From assembly GCA_934096125.1 (NCBI GenBank), contig CAKOLB010000004.1, positions 55,117 through 119,116 on the forward strand: a stretch of 64,000 bases of DNA, written 5' to 3'. The translations under genes were made by a program, and so were the position numbers. Positions 20,257 to 30,405 of this stretch are shown here, one piece after another (within the stretch, counting starts at the first letter, position 1; each line of letters opens with the position of its first letter). Below the pieces are notes generated by a model. That model saw nothing but the letters and a program-made list of their open reading frames with translations. It ran no database searches and had not been told where the DNA came from. This stretch comes from an uncultured Bacilli bacterium. GTDB lineage: Bacteria; Bacillota_I; Bacilli_A; RF39; UBA660.

Positions 20257-20798
20257 AAAATTTAAGGGGATGTATAATTGGTCTTGTTTATGATAAATAT
20301 AAAGAAGAGAAAATGACTGGCCTTGTAAAAGATATTGTAACTAAAAAGACTTTGGCATCTTTAAAAATGGTAGGTTTAGCTGAAAGTTTGGTAGATGAAG
20401 ATATAGGTAGTTTATCAAGGGGTGAGCAAAATAAAGTTGGGCTTGCAAGTAAACTTTTAGATGATGTGATTGTGCTAAAGGATTTTTCTGTAGGTTTAAC
20501 TAAGAAAGAATTAACATTTTATAAACGATTATTTAAAAAGATTTCATCTTATAATAAAAAAATAATTTTGATTGATAAGAATGCTGAGCTTTTTATAGAT
20601 TTAGTTGATAATATTTATGTGATTGATGAAGATATTTTGTATGAAACAAATGATATATATGATGCTAAACTTTATGACTATATCGATAAGCCATTTTTGG
20701 TAGAATTTACTATGCTTTCCGAAGACTATGGTGTTAAACTAAATCATTATTATGAACTAGATGAGCTTTTGAAAGCAATATATAGGATTAAATCATGA
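20247..20798 (+). CDS. hypothetical degenerate ABC-ATPase-like protein (signature-like LSRGEQNKV; lacks Walker A)
   Basis: Layout Q-loop-like / LSRGEQNKVGLASKLL / hydrophobic stretch + D (IILIDKNAELF) parallels LSGGQ…Walker B…H-loop of EcfA-type ATPases. In B. subtilis, ecfA-ecfA'-ecfT occupy the position upstream of truA. Confidence 0.35.
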   Translation: MELKNLRGCIIGLVYDKYKEEKMTGLVKDIVTKKTLASLKMVGLAESLVDEDIGSLSRGEQNKVGLASKLLDDVIVLKDFSVGLTKKELTFYKRLFKKISSYNKKIILIDKNAELFIDLVDNIYVIDEDILYETNDIYDAKLYDYIDKPFLVEFTMLSEDYGVKLNHYYELDELLKAIYRIKS

Positions 20799-21514
20799 GA
20801 TACTTAATTCGTTTTAGATATGATGGTACTTGCTTTCATGGTTTTCAAAGGCAAAAAGAGTTAAAAAGTGTGCAGGGAACGCTGGAAAATGCTCTATCAA
20901 AAATGCTTGATTGTCAGATAGTTATTAAAGGTAGTGGCAGGACGGATGCAGGAGTTCATGCTTTAGCACAGTGTGCTCATTTTGATTATGATGGAAGTCT
21001 TGGCAAGAAAGATTTAGAAATAATTAATGATTATTTAGGAGGAGAAATCTATATTGATAAAATAGAGAAAAAGTCTAGTGATTTTCATGCTCGGCATAGT
21101 GTTTTAAAGAAGGTTTATGAATATCGGGTTAATTTTGGCCCTTTTAAAGATGAGTATAAAGGATACTATTATCAGTATAAGGGGAAGTTTGATATTAAAG
21201 AGATGAAAAGAGGGGCAAAGTTAATGGAAGGTAAACATGATTTTCGCCAGTTTGTAAGTGGACCACGGAATGATTATACTTCCTACATTTACAAAATAAC
21301 AATAAAAGTAAAGAAGAATATACTTATATTTAAGTTCGTTGGAGCAGGGTTTTATAGATATATGGTAAGGCATTTGGTTGGAGCTTTAATGGATATTGGG
21401 AAAGGAAAATTAAAGGCTGAAGATGTTAAAGCTATGCTGGAGTGTCAAGATATGTCTAAAAATCATAGTATTGTGGTGGCAGATGGCCTTTATTTAGTGA
21501 AAGTTTATTATTAA
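20795..21514 (+). CDS. truA: tRNA pseudouridine(38-40) synthase
   Basis: RYDGTxFHGFQRQ N-terminal motif and catalytic Asp context GSGRTDAGVHA. Confidence 0.9.
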   Translation: MRYLIRFRYDGTCFHGFQRQKELKSVQGTLENALSKMLDCQIVIKGSGRTDAGVHALAQCAHFDYDGSLGKKDLEIINDYLGGEIYIDKIEKKSSDFHARHSVLKKVYEYRVNFGPFKDEYKGYYYQYKGKFDIKEMKRGAKLMEGKHDFRQFVSGPRNDYTSYIYKITIKVKKNILIFKFVGAGFYRYMVRHLVGALMDIGKGKLKAEDVKAMLECQDMSKNHSIVVADGLYLVKVYY

Positions 21515-21639
21515 TAATCGTGAAAACTTGTTGACTTTTTGTAGGTTTTCCCATATAATTTTAATCGGTACATTTAATTTGTGATTTTTATTTAGCCGTG
21601 GGAAAGCTTGATAAAAAACATAAATGGAAGGAAATTATT

Positions 21640-22071
21640 ATGAAAACATTTATGCAAAGAAAAGAAGATATCGAAAGAAATTGGTATGTAATTGATGCTG
21701 AAGGTCAAACTCTTGGACGCATTGCAACTAAGGCTGCCCATGTACTTCGTGGAAAGCATAAAGTTACATATACTCCTCATGTTGACTGTGGCGATTATGT
21801 TATTATTATTAATGCAGAAAAAGTTGCTTTAACTGGTAACAAACTAAATGATAAGATGTATTATAATCATAGTGGTTATCCAGGAGGACTTAGAGAAAGA
21901 ACTGCAAAAGAAATGATTGAAAAATATCCAGAAGAAATGGTTGAAAGAGCTGTTAAAGGAATGCTTCCTCACAATAGACTTGGAAGAGCTATGGGTAAGA
22001 AGTTATTTGTTTATCGTGGTACTGATCATAAGCATCAAGCTCAAAAACCACAAGCTTTGGAAGTTAAATAG
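21640..22071 (+). CDS. rplM: 50S ribosomal protein L13
   Basis: [30 protein letters not shown]… is a canonical L13 N-terminus. Real start is the ATG at 21640 inside the longer listed ORF. Confidence 0.95.
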   Translation: MKTFMQRKEDIERNWYVIDAEGQTLGRIATKAAHVLRGKHKVTYTPHVDCGDYVIIINAEKVALTGNKLNDKMYYNHSGYPGGLRERTAKEMIEKYPEEMVERAVKGMLPHNRLGRAMGKKLFVYRGTDHKHQAQKPQALEVK

Positions 22072-22079
22072 GAGGATAT

Positions 22080-22499
22080 ATGACTAAGAAACAAGAATGG
22101 ACTGCAACAGGTAGAAGAAAAAGAAGTGTTGCGCAAGTAAAACTTGTTGGTGGAACAGGTAATATTACTGTTAATGGTGTTGATGTTAATGAGTATATGC
22201 CATATGCTACACTTGTAAAAGATTTAAAACAACCACTTACTGTTACTGATAATGAAAATCGTTTTGATATTACAGTTACTGTTAAAGGTGGAGGTTTTTC
22301 TGGTCAAACTGGTGCTATTAGATTAGCTATTACTAGAGCATTACTTAAATTTGATGCTAATACTGACCAAACTAGGGAAGATAGTTATAGACATGTTTTA
22401 AAAATTAATGGATTTACAACAAGAGATCCAAGAATTAAAGAAAGAAAGAAATATGGTCTTAAAAAAGCACGTCGTGCACCACAATTCTCTAAGAGATAA
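22080..22499 (+). CDS. rpsI: 30S ribosomal protein S9
   Basis: Canonical C-terminus …[14 protein letters not shown]. 139 aa. Confidence 0.95.
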   Translation: MTKKQEWTATGRRKRSVAQVKLVGGTGNITVNGVDVNEYMPYATLVKDLKQPLTVTDNENRFDITVTVKGGGFSGQTGAIRLAITRALLKFDANTDQTREDSYRHVLKINGFTTRDPRIKERKKYGLKKARRAPQFSKR

Positions 22500-22518
22500 T
22501 ATCAATTTTCTTTGGAAA

Positions 22519-22546
22519 GGCTACCCTTTTGGGTGGTTTTTTTGTT
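22519..22546 (+). terminator. rho-independent terminator of rplM-rpsI operon
   Basis: AAAGGCTACCCttttGGGTGGtttttttg: GC-rich hairpin followed by a T-tract. Confidence 0.7.
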
Positions 22547-22786
22547 TAGCTTCATTTTCTACATATGCTTACTTTATTGCTCAAAGTGATACTGCGTCGA
22601 ATAGTAGTGTGCGAGTACAAACATCCCCAACTGATAACTTATCTTTTAGTATGGGGTCTTCCATTAACTTAACGGCAGACCAATCATCATTTGCAAGTGG
22701 TAAAGGTAATGTGACAGGAAGTACAACTGCAAAATTTAACTCGTATTAAGGAGTTATGTGAAAAAAATGAGGACATAGACCCAGCA

Positions 22787-23065
22787 GTGCGGATGGCTCG
22801 TCTTGATGCTTTGAATAAGTGTCTCTCTTTATCAGATGCTTTGGATACAAAAGATGTTTGTGAACTTGATAAAAAACGTGATGGGGTTATGATAAGTGGA
22901 TATGAAGATGGTCTTAGTCCGGTGGAAAAGCTATATCAAGAAATTGTTAGTTTGCATCTTTATACTTCTCAAGAGAGGTTTTTACGAAATCTTTTGAAAG
23001 AAAGCAGAGATATGCCTGATAGTACAAAAAGATATTATGGTTTGCCGCTTTCTAGAACACGCTAG
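22787..23065 (+). CDS. hypothetical small protein
   Basis: 92-aa ORF with no recognisable motifs. Could be non-coding. Confidence 0.25.
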   Translation: MRMARLDALNKCLSLSDALDTKDVCELDKKRDGVMISGYEDGLSPVEKLYQEIVSLHLYTSQERFLRNLLKESRDMPDSTKRYYGLPLSRTR

Positions 23066-23155
23066 AGAATTCTCTAGTTTTTTTATGTCAACGTGATCTT
23101 AATTTTCTTGTAAAACATTATTATAAATAGTACAATTAATTTGTGAGGTATAGAT

Positions 23156-24019
23156 ATGAGGCTAAGTGAAAAATGGCAAGATTATGAATGTATAGATGCT
23201 GGTAATGGAGAAAAGTTAGAACGATTTGGAGATGTTGTGCTTGTAAGACCGGAACCACAAGCGATGTGGCCAAGGCAAATAAATGATAGTTGGAAAAAAA
23301 TTGATGGGATTTATCATCGAAGTAAAGATGGGGGAGGAAGCTGGGAGTTTTATAAAAAGTTGCCAGATTTTTGGACAGTTTCTTATGGCGATTTAGTGTT
23401 TAAAGTAACGCCGACGAATTTTAAGCACACTGGTCTTTTCCCTGAACAAGCCACTAACTGGGATTTTATGATGGATAAAATAAAAAATGCCGGCCGAGAT
23501 ATAAAAGTTTTGAACTTGTTTGGATATACAGGGGCAGCGACAGTTGCTTGTAGTAAAGCTGGGGCTAAAGAGGTAGTGCATGTAGATGCGTCTAAAGGAA
23601 TTGTTGGATGGGCTAAAGAAAATGCTAAATTATCTGGTGTTAGCAACAACTACATTAGATATTTAGTAGATGATTGTTTGAAGTTTGTTGAAAGAGAGAT
23701 TAGAAGAGGTAATAAGTATGATGCAATAGTTATGGACCCTCCAAGCTATGGACGAGGACCCTCTGGGGAAATGTGGAAACTTGAAAAAAATTTAGAAAAA
23801 CTCATTACTAGGTGCTCTATGTTACTTTCTGATAAACCATTATTCTTTTTAATAAATGCTTATACTACAGGTTTATCTAGTACAGTTTTATATAATATAT
23901 TAAAACTTACGATCGAAAAGAAATATAATGGAAAGGTTGATGCTGGAGAAATAGGTCTTCCAATTACTAATAATAAACTTGTTCTTCCTTGTGGTATTTA
24001 CGGTAGATGGCAGGCATGA
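23156..24019 (+). CDS. class I SAM-dependent methyltransferase (RlmI/YbaJ-like rRNA methyltransferase core)
   Basis: Motif I LNLFGYTGAATVA, then DASKG and MDPPSYG (the DPPxY-like motif of RlmI/RlmL-type MTases). Position corresponds to ybaJ, downstream of rpsI in Bacillus. Confidence 0.65.
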   Translation: MRLSEKWQDYECIDAGNGEKLERFGDVVLVRPEPQAMWPRQINDSWKKIDGIYHRSKDGGGSWEFYKKLPDFWTVSYGDLVFKVTPTNFKHTGLFPEQATNWDFMMDKIKNAGRDIKVLNLFGYTGAATVACSKAGAKEVVHVDASKGIVGWAKENAKLSGVSNNYIRYLVDDCLKFVEREIRRGNKYDAIVMDPPSYGRGPSGEMWKLEKNLEKLITRCSMLLSDKPLFFLINAYTTGLSSTVLYNILKLTIEKKYNGKVDAGEIGLPITNNKLVLPCGIYGRWQA

Positions 24020-24729
24020 GAAGTAATAGAGATATTTTTATAAGTTATGTAAATAGTTTTAAGTTTAAGGGAAAAGAAAGTAATCGAAAACTTAATCACT
24101 CGGTTAGAGTAAGCATGCTTTGTAAAGGAATTGCTAAAAGTCTTAACTTAAGTGAAAAAGAAATAGAACTTGCCGAGTTAATTGGACTTGTTCATGATAT
24201 TGGGAGATTTTGGCAATGGGAAAAATATCAGACGTTTGATGATAGTAAAAGTATTGATCATGCGTTGCTGGGAATAGAAGTCTTATTTGAAAATAAAGTG
24301 ATTGAAGATTTTAATGTTGATATCAAAGACTTTCAAACTATTAAAGATGCTGTCTTTTATCATAATAAATATAAAGTAGATAATGCACTTAATCTTGAGA
24401 GTTTAATTATGGTAAAAATAATAAGGGATGCTGATAAAGCGGACATACTTTGTATGGTTGCTAATGATATACTTCCTTTAGAGGAAGATGGACAAAAGTT
24501 AAGTGAGCAAGTAGTACGTAGTTTTTTGAATAAGACTAGTGTAAAAATACTAGATGTACATAACTTGAGTGATAAGATACTTTTTCAACTGGCCTTTATA
24601 TTTGATTTAAATTTTGAGTATACAAAAAAATTTGTAAAAAAAGAAAGATGTTTAGATGTAATATATGAAAAATTAGAGAAAAAAGAGGTTATTAAGCCTT
24701 ACTTTGAATTTGGAAAAAGATATTTGTAA
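24007..24729 (+). CDS. HD-domain phosphohydrolase
   Basis: LVHDIGR HD motif. 240 aa. Confidence 0.6.
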   Translation: MAGMRSNRDIFISYVNSFKFKGKESNRKLNHSVRVSMLCKGIAKSLNLSEKEIELAELIGLVHDIGRFWQWEKYQTFDDSKSIDHALLGIEVLFENKVIEDFNVDIKDFQTIKDAVFYHNKYKVDNALNLESLIMVKIIRDADKADILCMVANDILPLEEDGQKLSEQVVRSFLNKTSVKILDVHNLSDKILFQLAFIFDLNFEYTKKFVKKERCLDVIYEKLEKKEVIKPYFEFGKRYL

Positions 24730-24786
24730 GTTATGTCTTTTTTTTTGAAAAGTTATGTTATATAATAGGTTTGCTAAAAAAAGTGG

Positions 24787-25620
24787 GTGAAGTATATGGA
24801 AGAAAGATATAAAGAGATAGAAAGAAGTATTATAAAGAAGTATCGAAAAGAGTTATGGAGTAAATTTATGCATGGGGTTTCTTTATATAACCTAATTGAA
24901 GAAGGGGATAGAGTAATGGTGTGTGTGTCTGGTGGTAAAGACTCTTTTTTGCTTGCAAAATGTATTGAAGAATTACAAAAACATGGGAATGTTCATTTTG
25001 ATGCCTATTTTGTTATGATGGATCCTGGCTATAGTGAAGAGACACTTGAAGCAATTTGGAAGAATGCTGAGGTTTTAAATGTTGATTTGCAAAGTTTTAA
25101 GTCTGATATTTTTGAAGTTACAAATGAGCTGGCAGAGAAAAGTCCTTGTTATTTATGTGCGAGAATGAGAAGAGGGCATTTATATAATAAGGCTAAGGAG
25201 CTTGGGTGTAATAAAATAGCTTTAGGTCATCACTTCGATGATGTTATTGAGACAACTCTTTTATCAATGTTTTATGGAGCGGAGCTAAAAACAATGCTTC
25301 CGAAACTACATAGTGATAATTTTGAGCATATAGATTTAATTAGACCTCTTTATTTTGTTAAAGAAGAAAATATTATAAAATGGAGAGAATATAATAATCT
25401 AAAGTTTATTAATTGTGCTTGTAAGTTTACTTTGGAAAATAATGTACCTAATAAAGGAACAAGTAAAAGAAAAGAGATAAAGGAAATAATAAAAAGTCTT
25501 AAAAAAATAAATAAAGATATTGATTATAATATATTTAAGTCTTTAGATAATATAAATTTAAATTGTGTTCTAGGTTATAAAAAGGATGGCGATTATAAAT
25601 CATTTTTAGACAATTTTTAG
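24787..25620 (+). CDS. PP-loop ATPase, tRNA 2-thiocytidine biosynthesis TtcA-like
   Basis: SGGKDS PP-loop in VMVCVSGGKDSF. Cys motifs CYLC and CAC. 277 aa. Confidence 0.7.
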   Translation: MKYMEERYKEIERSIIKKYRKELWSKFMHGVSLYNLIEEGDRVMVCVSGGKDSFLLAKCIEELQKHGNVHFDAYFVMMDPGYSEETLEAIWKNAEVLNVDLQSFKSDIFEVTNELAEKSPCYLCARMRRGHLYNKAKELGCNKIALGHHFDDVIETTLLSMFYGAELKTMLPKLHSDNFEHIDLIRPLYFVKEENIIKWREYNNLKFINCACKFTLENNVPNKGTSKRKEIKEIIKSLKKINKDIDYNIFKSLDNINLNCVLGYKKDGDYKSFLDNF

Positions 25621-25628
25621 GGGGATAT

Positions 25629-27080
25629 ATGGATAGTGAAAAGTTACCAAAGGATATTTGGGAGAAAATAAATTATAAACATTTGCGAAAAATAGAAGAA
25701 AGCTTGCAGCCTCTTGTAGGGAATATGGCAAGGATTTATGCAGTGCATTTTCTTTTGTTAATTGGTTATGAAAGAGCATGGGATTTTGTAAATAATAAAT
25801 ATGGTACTTTAAATAAAGAAAATGTCCAAAAAATATTTAATGTGGATGAAGATATAAGTTATGTAAAGTTTACTTTGGATAAGAAAAGATATGTGCCAGT
25901 TTTAAATGAAAGGTTAGTGGAAAAGCTTTTTGGAAAAAGTTATAAAGATGAAACTTCATTAATTAAAGAGTATATAAATGGATTTGAAAAACAAATGACA
26001 AGTCAAAAACAACATAAGAAGAATGCAGAAGAGTTTATTGATAATTTTTATTATATACATAAGAATTTCGATAAGATAGTAGAACTTCATTATGAAAAAC
26101 AAGCTCTTTTTCAAAAAAAAATAAGATTAAATATTGAGGAGATTAATAAACTTTGTAAAGTATGTCGAGAAAATAGACCTTATAATAAATATTCTTTTTT
26201 GGAAAGTTATGCAAGGTTTATGGATAATGGTGATTTGGTTTTGGCTAGGACTAGCGAGTTAAAAAAGTTTATGGATTTGCAAAAGTTTAAAAAGATACCT
26301 AATACATTTGTGTATAATGATGGTTATTTCATGCATATGATGGGGCCACATGATGAGAGAATATTTGCTTCTGGTTATAAAACTCATAGTTGTTTTGCCC
26401 CAATGCATAATGCTGATAATAAAGGAAAGGATAATGGGCTTCTTTCGTATTCAATAAAGAGTATGTATGGTGGAGTGCTTGAACTAATTAATAATCAAGG
26501 TAAAGTTTTGATGATTGGCCCTATTTTAAGAAATGGTAATGTTTTGATGATACATTCAATTGAGAGTATTAATTTGACTATAGAGGAAAAAACAGTGCTA
26601 GAAAAGATGCTTCATAAGTGGAGTGAAAGAGTAATTATGGAAAGTAAGTTTAATCATGATGATATAGATTATGTGTTAATTACTGATTTACATCCAATGA
26701 TAGATTTTGATTCACTTTCAAAAAGCCCATATAAATTTGAAGTTTATGATCCTTTTGAAGAATATGAGGGAATGTATACCAATTTTGATAAGACAGAGCA
26801 TTACGTTTTAAAGGCAAATCAAAATAAGGACATGAAGTTTGGGAGTATGGTTTCAGCTTTGTATACTTATGATGATTATAATTTATTATGCGGAGTTTTT
26901 TTGCCTTTGAACATTATAAAAATAAAGGATATGAAAAAGCTAAAAGAAGTGCTTTTAAAAAGGAGTTTGGAAGATAATATTAATTACTTTCAAGTTTATA
27001 ATGATTTGGTGGGTACTGGGTTTGACAAAGTGTATTATGATAATTTTGGAAATGTTTTAAAAAGAGAAAAAAAATTGTAA
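25629..27080 (+). CDS. hypothetical protein (483 aa, no recognisable domain)
   Basis: Long ORF with compositional coherence. No motifs identified by eye. Confidence 0.5.
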   Translation: MDSEKLPKDIWEKINYKHLRKIEESLQPLVGNMARIYAVHFLLLIGYERAWDFVNNKYGTLNKENVQKIFNVDEDISYVKFTLDKKRYVPVLNERLVEKLFGKSYKDETSLIKEYINGFEKQMTSQKQHKKNAEEFIDNFYYIHKNFDKIVELHYEKQALFQKKIRLNIEEINKLCKVCRENRPYNKYSFLESYARFMDNGDLVLARTSELKKFMDLQKFKKIPNTFVYNDGYFMHMMGPHDERIFASGYKTHSCFAPMHNADNKGKDNGLLSYSIKSMYGGVLELINNQGKVLMIGPILRNGNVLMIHSIESINLTIEEKTVLEKMLHKWSERVIMESKFNHDDIDYVLITDLHPMIDFDSLSKSPYKFEVYDPFEEYEGMYTNFDKTEHYVLKANQNKDMKFGSMVSALYTYDDYNLLCGVFLPLNIIKIKDMKKLKEVLLKRSLEDNINYFQVYNDLVGTGFDKVYYDNFGNVLKREKKL

Positions 27081-27156
27081 TGAATAATATAAATGAAAAA
27101 GTAATTGATTTAAAAAGTTATGGAAATAAAAGAAGTAATTATTAATAATATTTAAT

Positions 27157-27807
27157 ATGAATAGATATTATTGGTTTGTAATTACTCTTTTTTTGCTAGT
27201 TTTAGTATTTTTTAGTGGCAAATCTGCTCATGCTAGTTTACCTCTTTTGGGAAGAACTATTGTGGTTGATGCAGGACATGGCGGGTTAGACCCTGGAGCT
27301 ATTTATAATGATATTTATGAGAAAGACATTACTTTAAAAATTGGAAAGTATTTAGAAGAGTATTTGACTAAAATGGGGGCAACAGTTGTGATGACAAGAA
27401 CTGATAATAATGATTTAAGTAATGGAACACAAAACAAACGAAAGAAAAAAGATTTTGATGAAAGAATTAAAATAATTAATGATAAAAAAATAGATATGTA
27501 TGTATCAGTTCATTTAAACTTTTTAAAAAATTCTAGATACTATGGTCCTCAAGTGTTTTATAATTATGATAACAAAGATTTGGCTGATTTCATTCAGAAA
27601 TATTTAAATAAACAACTTAAAGGGAAAAGAAATGTTAAAAGTATTCCAAGTAATACATATATGTATAAGAGATTAAAAAGGCCAGGATTTTTGATAGAAT
27701 GTGGGTTTTTATCAAACGCTGAAGAAAGAAATAAACTTACAAATAAAAGTTATCAACAAAAGTTTGCTCAGAGTTTAGCTGAAGCGATAAGTCATTATTA
27801 TAATTAA
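27157..27807 (+). CDS. cwlD: germination-specific N-acetylmuramoyl-L-alanine amidase CwlD-like (Amidase_3)
   Basis: Signal/TM segment, then VVDAGHGGLDPGA…DMYVSVHLN…GFLIECGFLSN (Amidase_3 zinc ligands). Syntenic with cwlD downstream of rpsI-ybaJ-ybaK in Bacillus. Confidence 0.75.
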   Translation: MNRYYWFVITLFLLVLVFFSGKSAHASLPLLGRTIVVDAGHGGLDPGAIYNDIYEKDITLKIGKYLEEYLTKMGATVVMTRTDNNDLSNGTQNKRKKKDFDERIKIINDKKIDMYVSVHLNFLKNSRYYGPQVFYNYDNKDLADFIQKYLNKQLKGKRNVKSIPSNTYMYKRLKRPGFLIECGFLSNAEERNKLTNKSYQQKFAQSLAEAISHYYN

Positions 27808-27971
27808 TTGTTATTAACTGTGGCTTTTTTTGTTTTAGTATGTTATGATAAAGTAAAGTAGAGTTAGTAAATGGTAGTTGTGTTATTCTTTAGTTGGTCA
27901 ATTATTTTTATAATTCTATTTGTTTTTGAATAATCAGAATAAATGATTGATGAGAAAGGAAGTTGTAGTTT

Positions 27972-28844
27972 ATGAATTGTTCAAATTGTGGTTATTATAA
28001 TAATACTGAGTCAAAATTTTGTGTTAAGTGTGGTCAAAGTTTGGCTTTAAGTGTTGATGTGAATTCATTAGGAGCGGCATCAAATGTGCAAATGCCTATT
28101 AACAACGTTGGTGTTGTGGAGAAACAAGTTAACATCCAACCTCAAAGCCCTGAAGTTTTAAGTGTTTCAAATAATAGTAAAGTTGAAATAATGGATTTAT
28201 TTAAATTAGTATTTAGTTTTATTACTAAGCCGTTTACAGCAACTCAAGAAAAAATGGGTATGATTTCTGAGATTAAAAATTCAGTTTTAATAACAGTAAT
28301 TGTTTCACTTATTGCAACACTTATTAATTTAGTGAAATCAATGATTTCTGCGGTAGTGGTTAAAGATTTTGACTGGTATGCTGGAACTTATAAGACAACT
28401 GTTCAAATGGCTAATTTAGGTAAATTAAATTATTTACAATTAATCGGAAAAACTTTAATTATCATAATAGCTTCGATTGCTTTTATTGCAGCGGTTTATT
28501 ATATTGTAAGCTTGATTATAAAAAAGCAACCTTCTTTTGCTAAAATACTGGGAATATCAGCTCTTTGTGTTACTCCAGTTTTAGGAGCGGTATTGTTATT
28601 TGCACCTATATTGTCTCTTATATGGTCTTTATTGTATATGCCAGTAGTTATTATAGGTTTTGTTTATACTTTTATTCTTATGTATGAAGGCATTAATAAT
28701 GAAATAGCACTAGATGGTAATGTTAAATATTATTTTAATTTAATATGTTTATCGATTATTCTTATAGCACTATACTATTTATATACTAAGATGTTTGTCG
28801 GTTCTATTACGGGAATAAGTGACGTAATGAATTTACTAGGGTAA
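27972..28844 (+). CDS. zinc-ribbon domain membrane protein (Yip1-like multi-TM)
   Basis: N-terminal CxxCG…CxxCG zinc ribbon (MNCSNCGYYN…FCVKCGQ), then about 5 TM helices. Confidence 0.55.
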   Translation: MNCSNCGYYNNTESKFCVKCGQSLALSVDVNSLGAASNVQMPINNVGVVEKQVNIQPQSPEVLSVSNNSKVEIMDLFKLVFSFITKPFTATQEKMGMISEIKNSVLITVIVSLIATLINLVKSMISAVVVKDFDWYAGTYKTTVQMANLGKLNYLQLIGKTLIIIIASIAFIAAVYYIVSLIIKKQPSFAKILGISALCVTPVLGAVLLFAPILSLIWSLLYMPVVIIGFVYTFILMYEGINNEIALDGNVKYYFNLICLSIILIALYYLYTKMFVGSITGISDVMNLLG

Positions 28845-28852
28845 TTTTAGTT

Positions 28853-30388
28853 ATGAATAATAATTATAATTTTGACCCTATGACAGGTGCACCAATTCAA
28901 CAGAGTGTTAATGACTTACAAAAAAAGAAAAAAAATAATATTTTTAAATTTGTTGTGGCTGGTATAGTTTTATGTGTAGTTGTTGGTCTATTATTTTTAT
29001 TTTTAAATAAAAATGATAAAAATGTGAATTCTTTAACTGTGGATTATGATTTAATTTTTGATGTGAGTAAACCAATTCCGGTAAAAAATGGAGATAAATA
29101 TGGATATATTGATACTGATGGAAAAATTTTATTAGATTTTAACTATAAAGCAGCGGATACTTTTTATGGTGATTATGCGGTTGTAGGTGTTGATAATCCT
29201 GATAAAACTGCTTATTATGATACTGTTTATGAGGTTATTGATAGAAATGGAAATGTGAAAATGACCTCTGATAGTTATGTTGCTCCAAAGTATTATGAAG
29301 ATGCTGGTGTATGGGTTATTAATAACACTATGTATGACTCTAAACTTAATAAGCTTTTAGATGATGGGGTAGACGTTAAATATTTGGCATATGATTATTT
29401 TCAATTTATAAATAGAGAAAAAAAAGAATCTGGAATCATTAAATCAAATGGGAAGAAAGTCTATACTATAAATGAAAGTTATATTTCTTCAAGTATATCA
29501 GAAAATGAATATAATCAAGATGATTTATATGCTGAGATTCGTACCTCTGGAGATAATGGTAAGGAAATGGTTATATCCTTAAAAACAAATGATGTTTTAT
29601 TTACTTTAGATGATGCTGATAAATACTATTTGAATGCTGAAAAAGATGGTATTTTTACTTATTATAATCATGAACAAGATGATGGTTATGAAAATAAAAA
29701 GTATTTAGTATTCATGAATAATAAATTAGTTTATCAAACTACTGAAAAGGTATCTGATGTAAAATTCTTAGATTATAAAAATCAAATCTTAAAAATAAGT
29801 TATGGTTATGATTATAGAGAGTTAGGAAAAGAGTATTTATTTGATTATTACGATATTAAAAGTGGGTCTATGTTAAGTTCAGAACCTGATAATTCGAGTT
29901 CGGATTCTGATTTAGAAAAAGAGAAAAGAGAAAAAGACTATGGATATAAAGAATTCATGTGCTCAGGAAAGGTTGGTTTAAAGAAAGATAATAAAGAAGT
30001 AGTATCTTGTGATTATTATGAAATTGATTATTTAAACTTGAATATGTTTAATTATATGAAATCAAAAGGACAAGAGTTAGTTGTGTTAGAAAAATATGAT
30101 GAAACGATATTATATGATGTTAAAAATTCAAAAACAATAGAATCGTTTGATTCTTTAACTTATGTTACTCCTACGGGGAATACTACTTTTATTGATTTAT
30201 CTAAATATGATGATAATTTTACAAAGACTGGAGTTCATGTTTATAACTTAATAACTAATAAATCTATGGATTATTCTGGAGATGTTAATGTTAGTTTAAA
30301 AGTTAATTATATAATAGTAGATGATGGAACTAAGCAAACATATTATAATATGGATTTTAAAGAAATATATAGTGTAGAAAAAGTGTAG
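28853..30388 (+). CDS. membrane-anchored WG-repeat (KxGYID) beta-propeller-like protein
   Basis: N-terminal TM anchor. Motifs such as KNGDKYGYIDTDGKILLDFNY are typical of WG_beta_rep repeats. 511 aa. Confidence 0.5.
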   Translation: MNNNYNFDPMTGAPIQQSVNDLQKKKKNNIFKFVVAGIVLCVVVGLLFLFLNKNDKNVNSLTVDYDLIFDVSKPIPVKNGDKYGYIDTDGKILLDFNYKAADTFYGDYAVVGVDNPDKTAYYDTVYEVIDRNGNVKMTSDSYVAPKYYEDAGVWVINNTMYDSKLNKLLDDGVDVKYLAYDYFQFINREKKESGIIKSNGKKVYTINESYISSSISENEYNQDDLYAEIRTSGDNGKEMVISLKTNDVLFTLDDADKYYLNAEKDGIFTYYNHEQDDGYENKKYLVFMNNKLVYQTTEKVSDVKFLDYKNQILKISYGYDYRELGKEYLFDYYDIKSGSMLSSEPDNSSSDSDLEKEKREKDYGYKEFMCSGKVGLKKDNKEVVSCDYYEIDYLNLNMFNYMKSKGQELVVLEKYDETILYDVKNSKTIESFDSLTYVTPTGNTTFIDLSKYDDNFTKTGVHVYNLITNKSMDYSGDVNVSLKVNYIIVDDGTKQTYYNMDFKEIYSVEKV

Positions 30389-30405
30389 TGAAAGAGGGAA
30401 GTTAT

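Noticed and set aside
22408-22749. 113-aa ORF starting inside rpsI and running through the operon terminator
   Set aside because: Starts within the S9 coding region in another frame and spans a strong rho-independent terminator. Composition is atypical.
23383-23649. Two overlapping minus-strand ORFs (88 and 62 aa) antisense to the methyltransferase gene
   Set aside because: Antisense artefacts within a gene that has clear SAM-MTase motifs.
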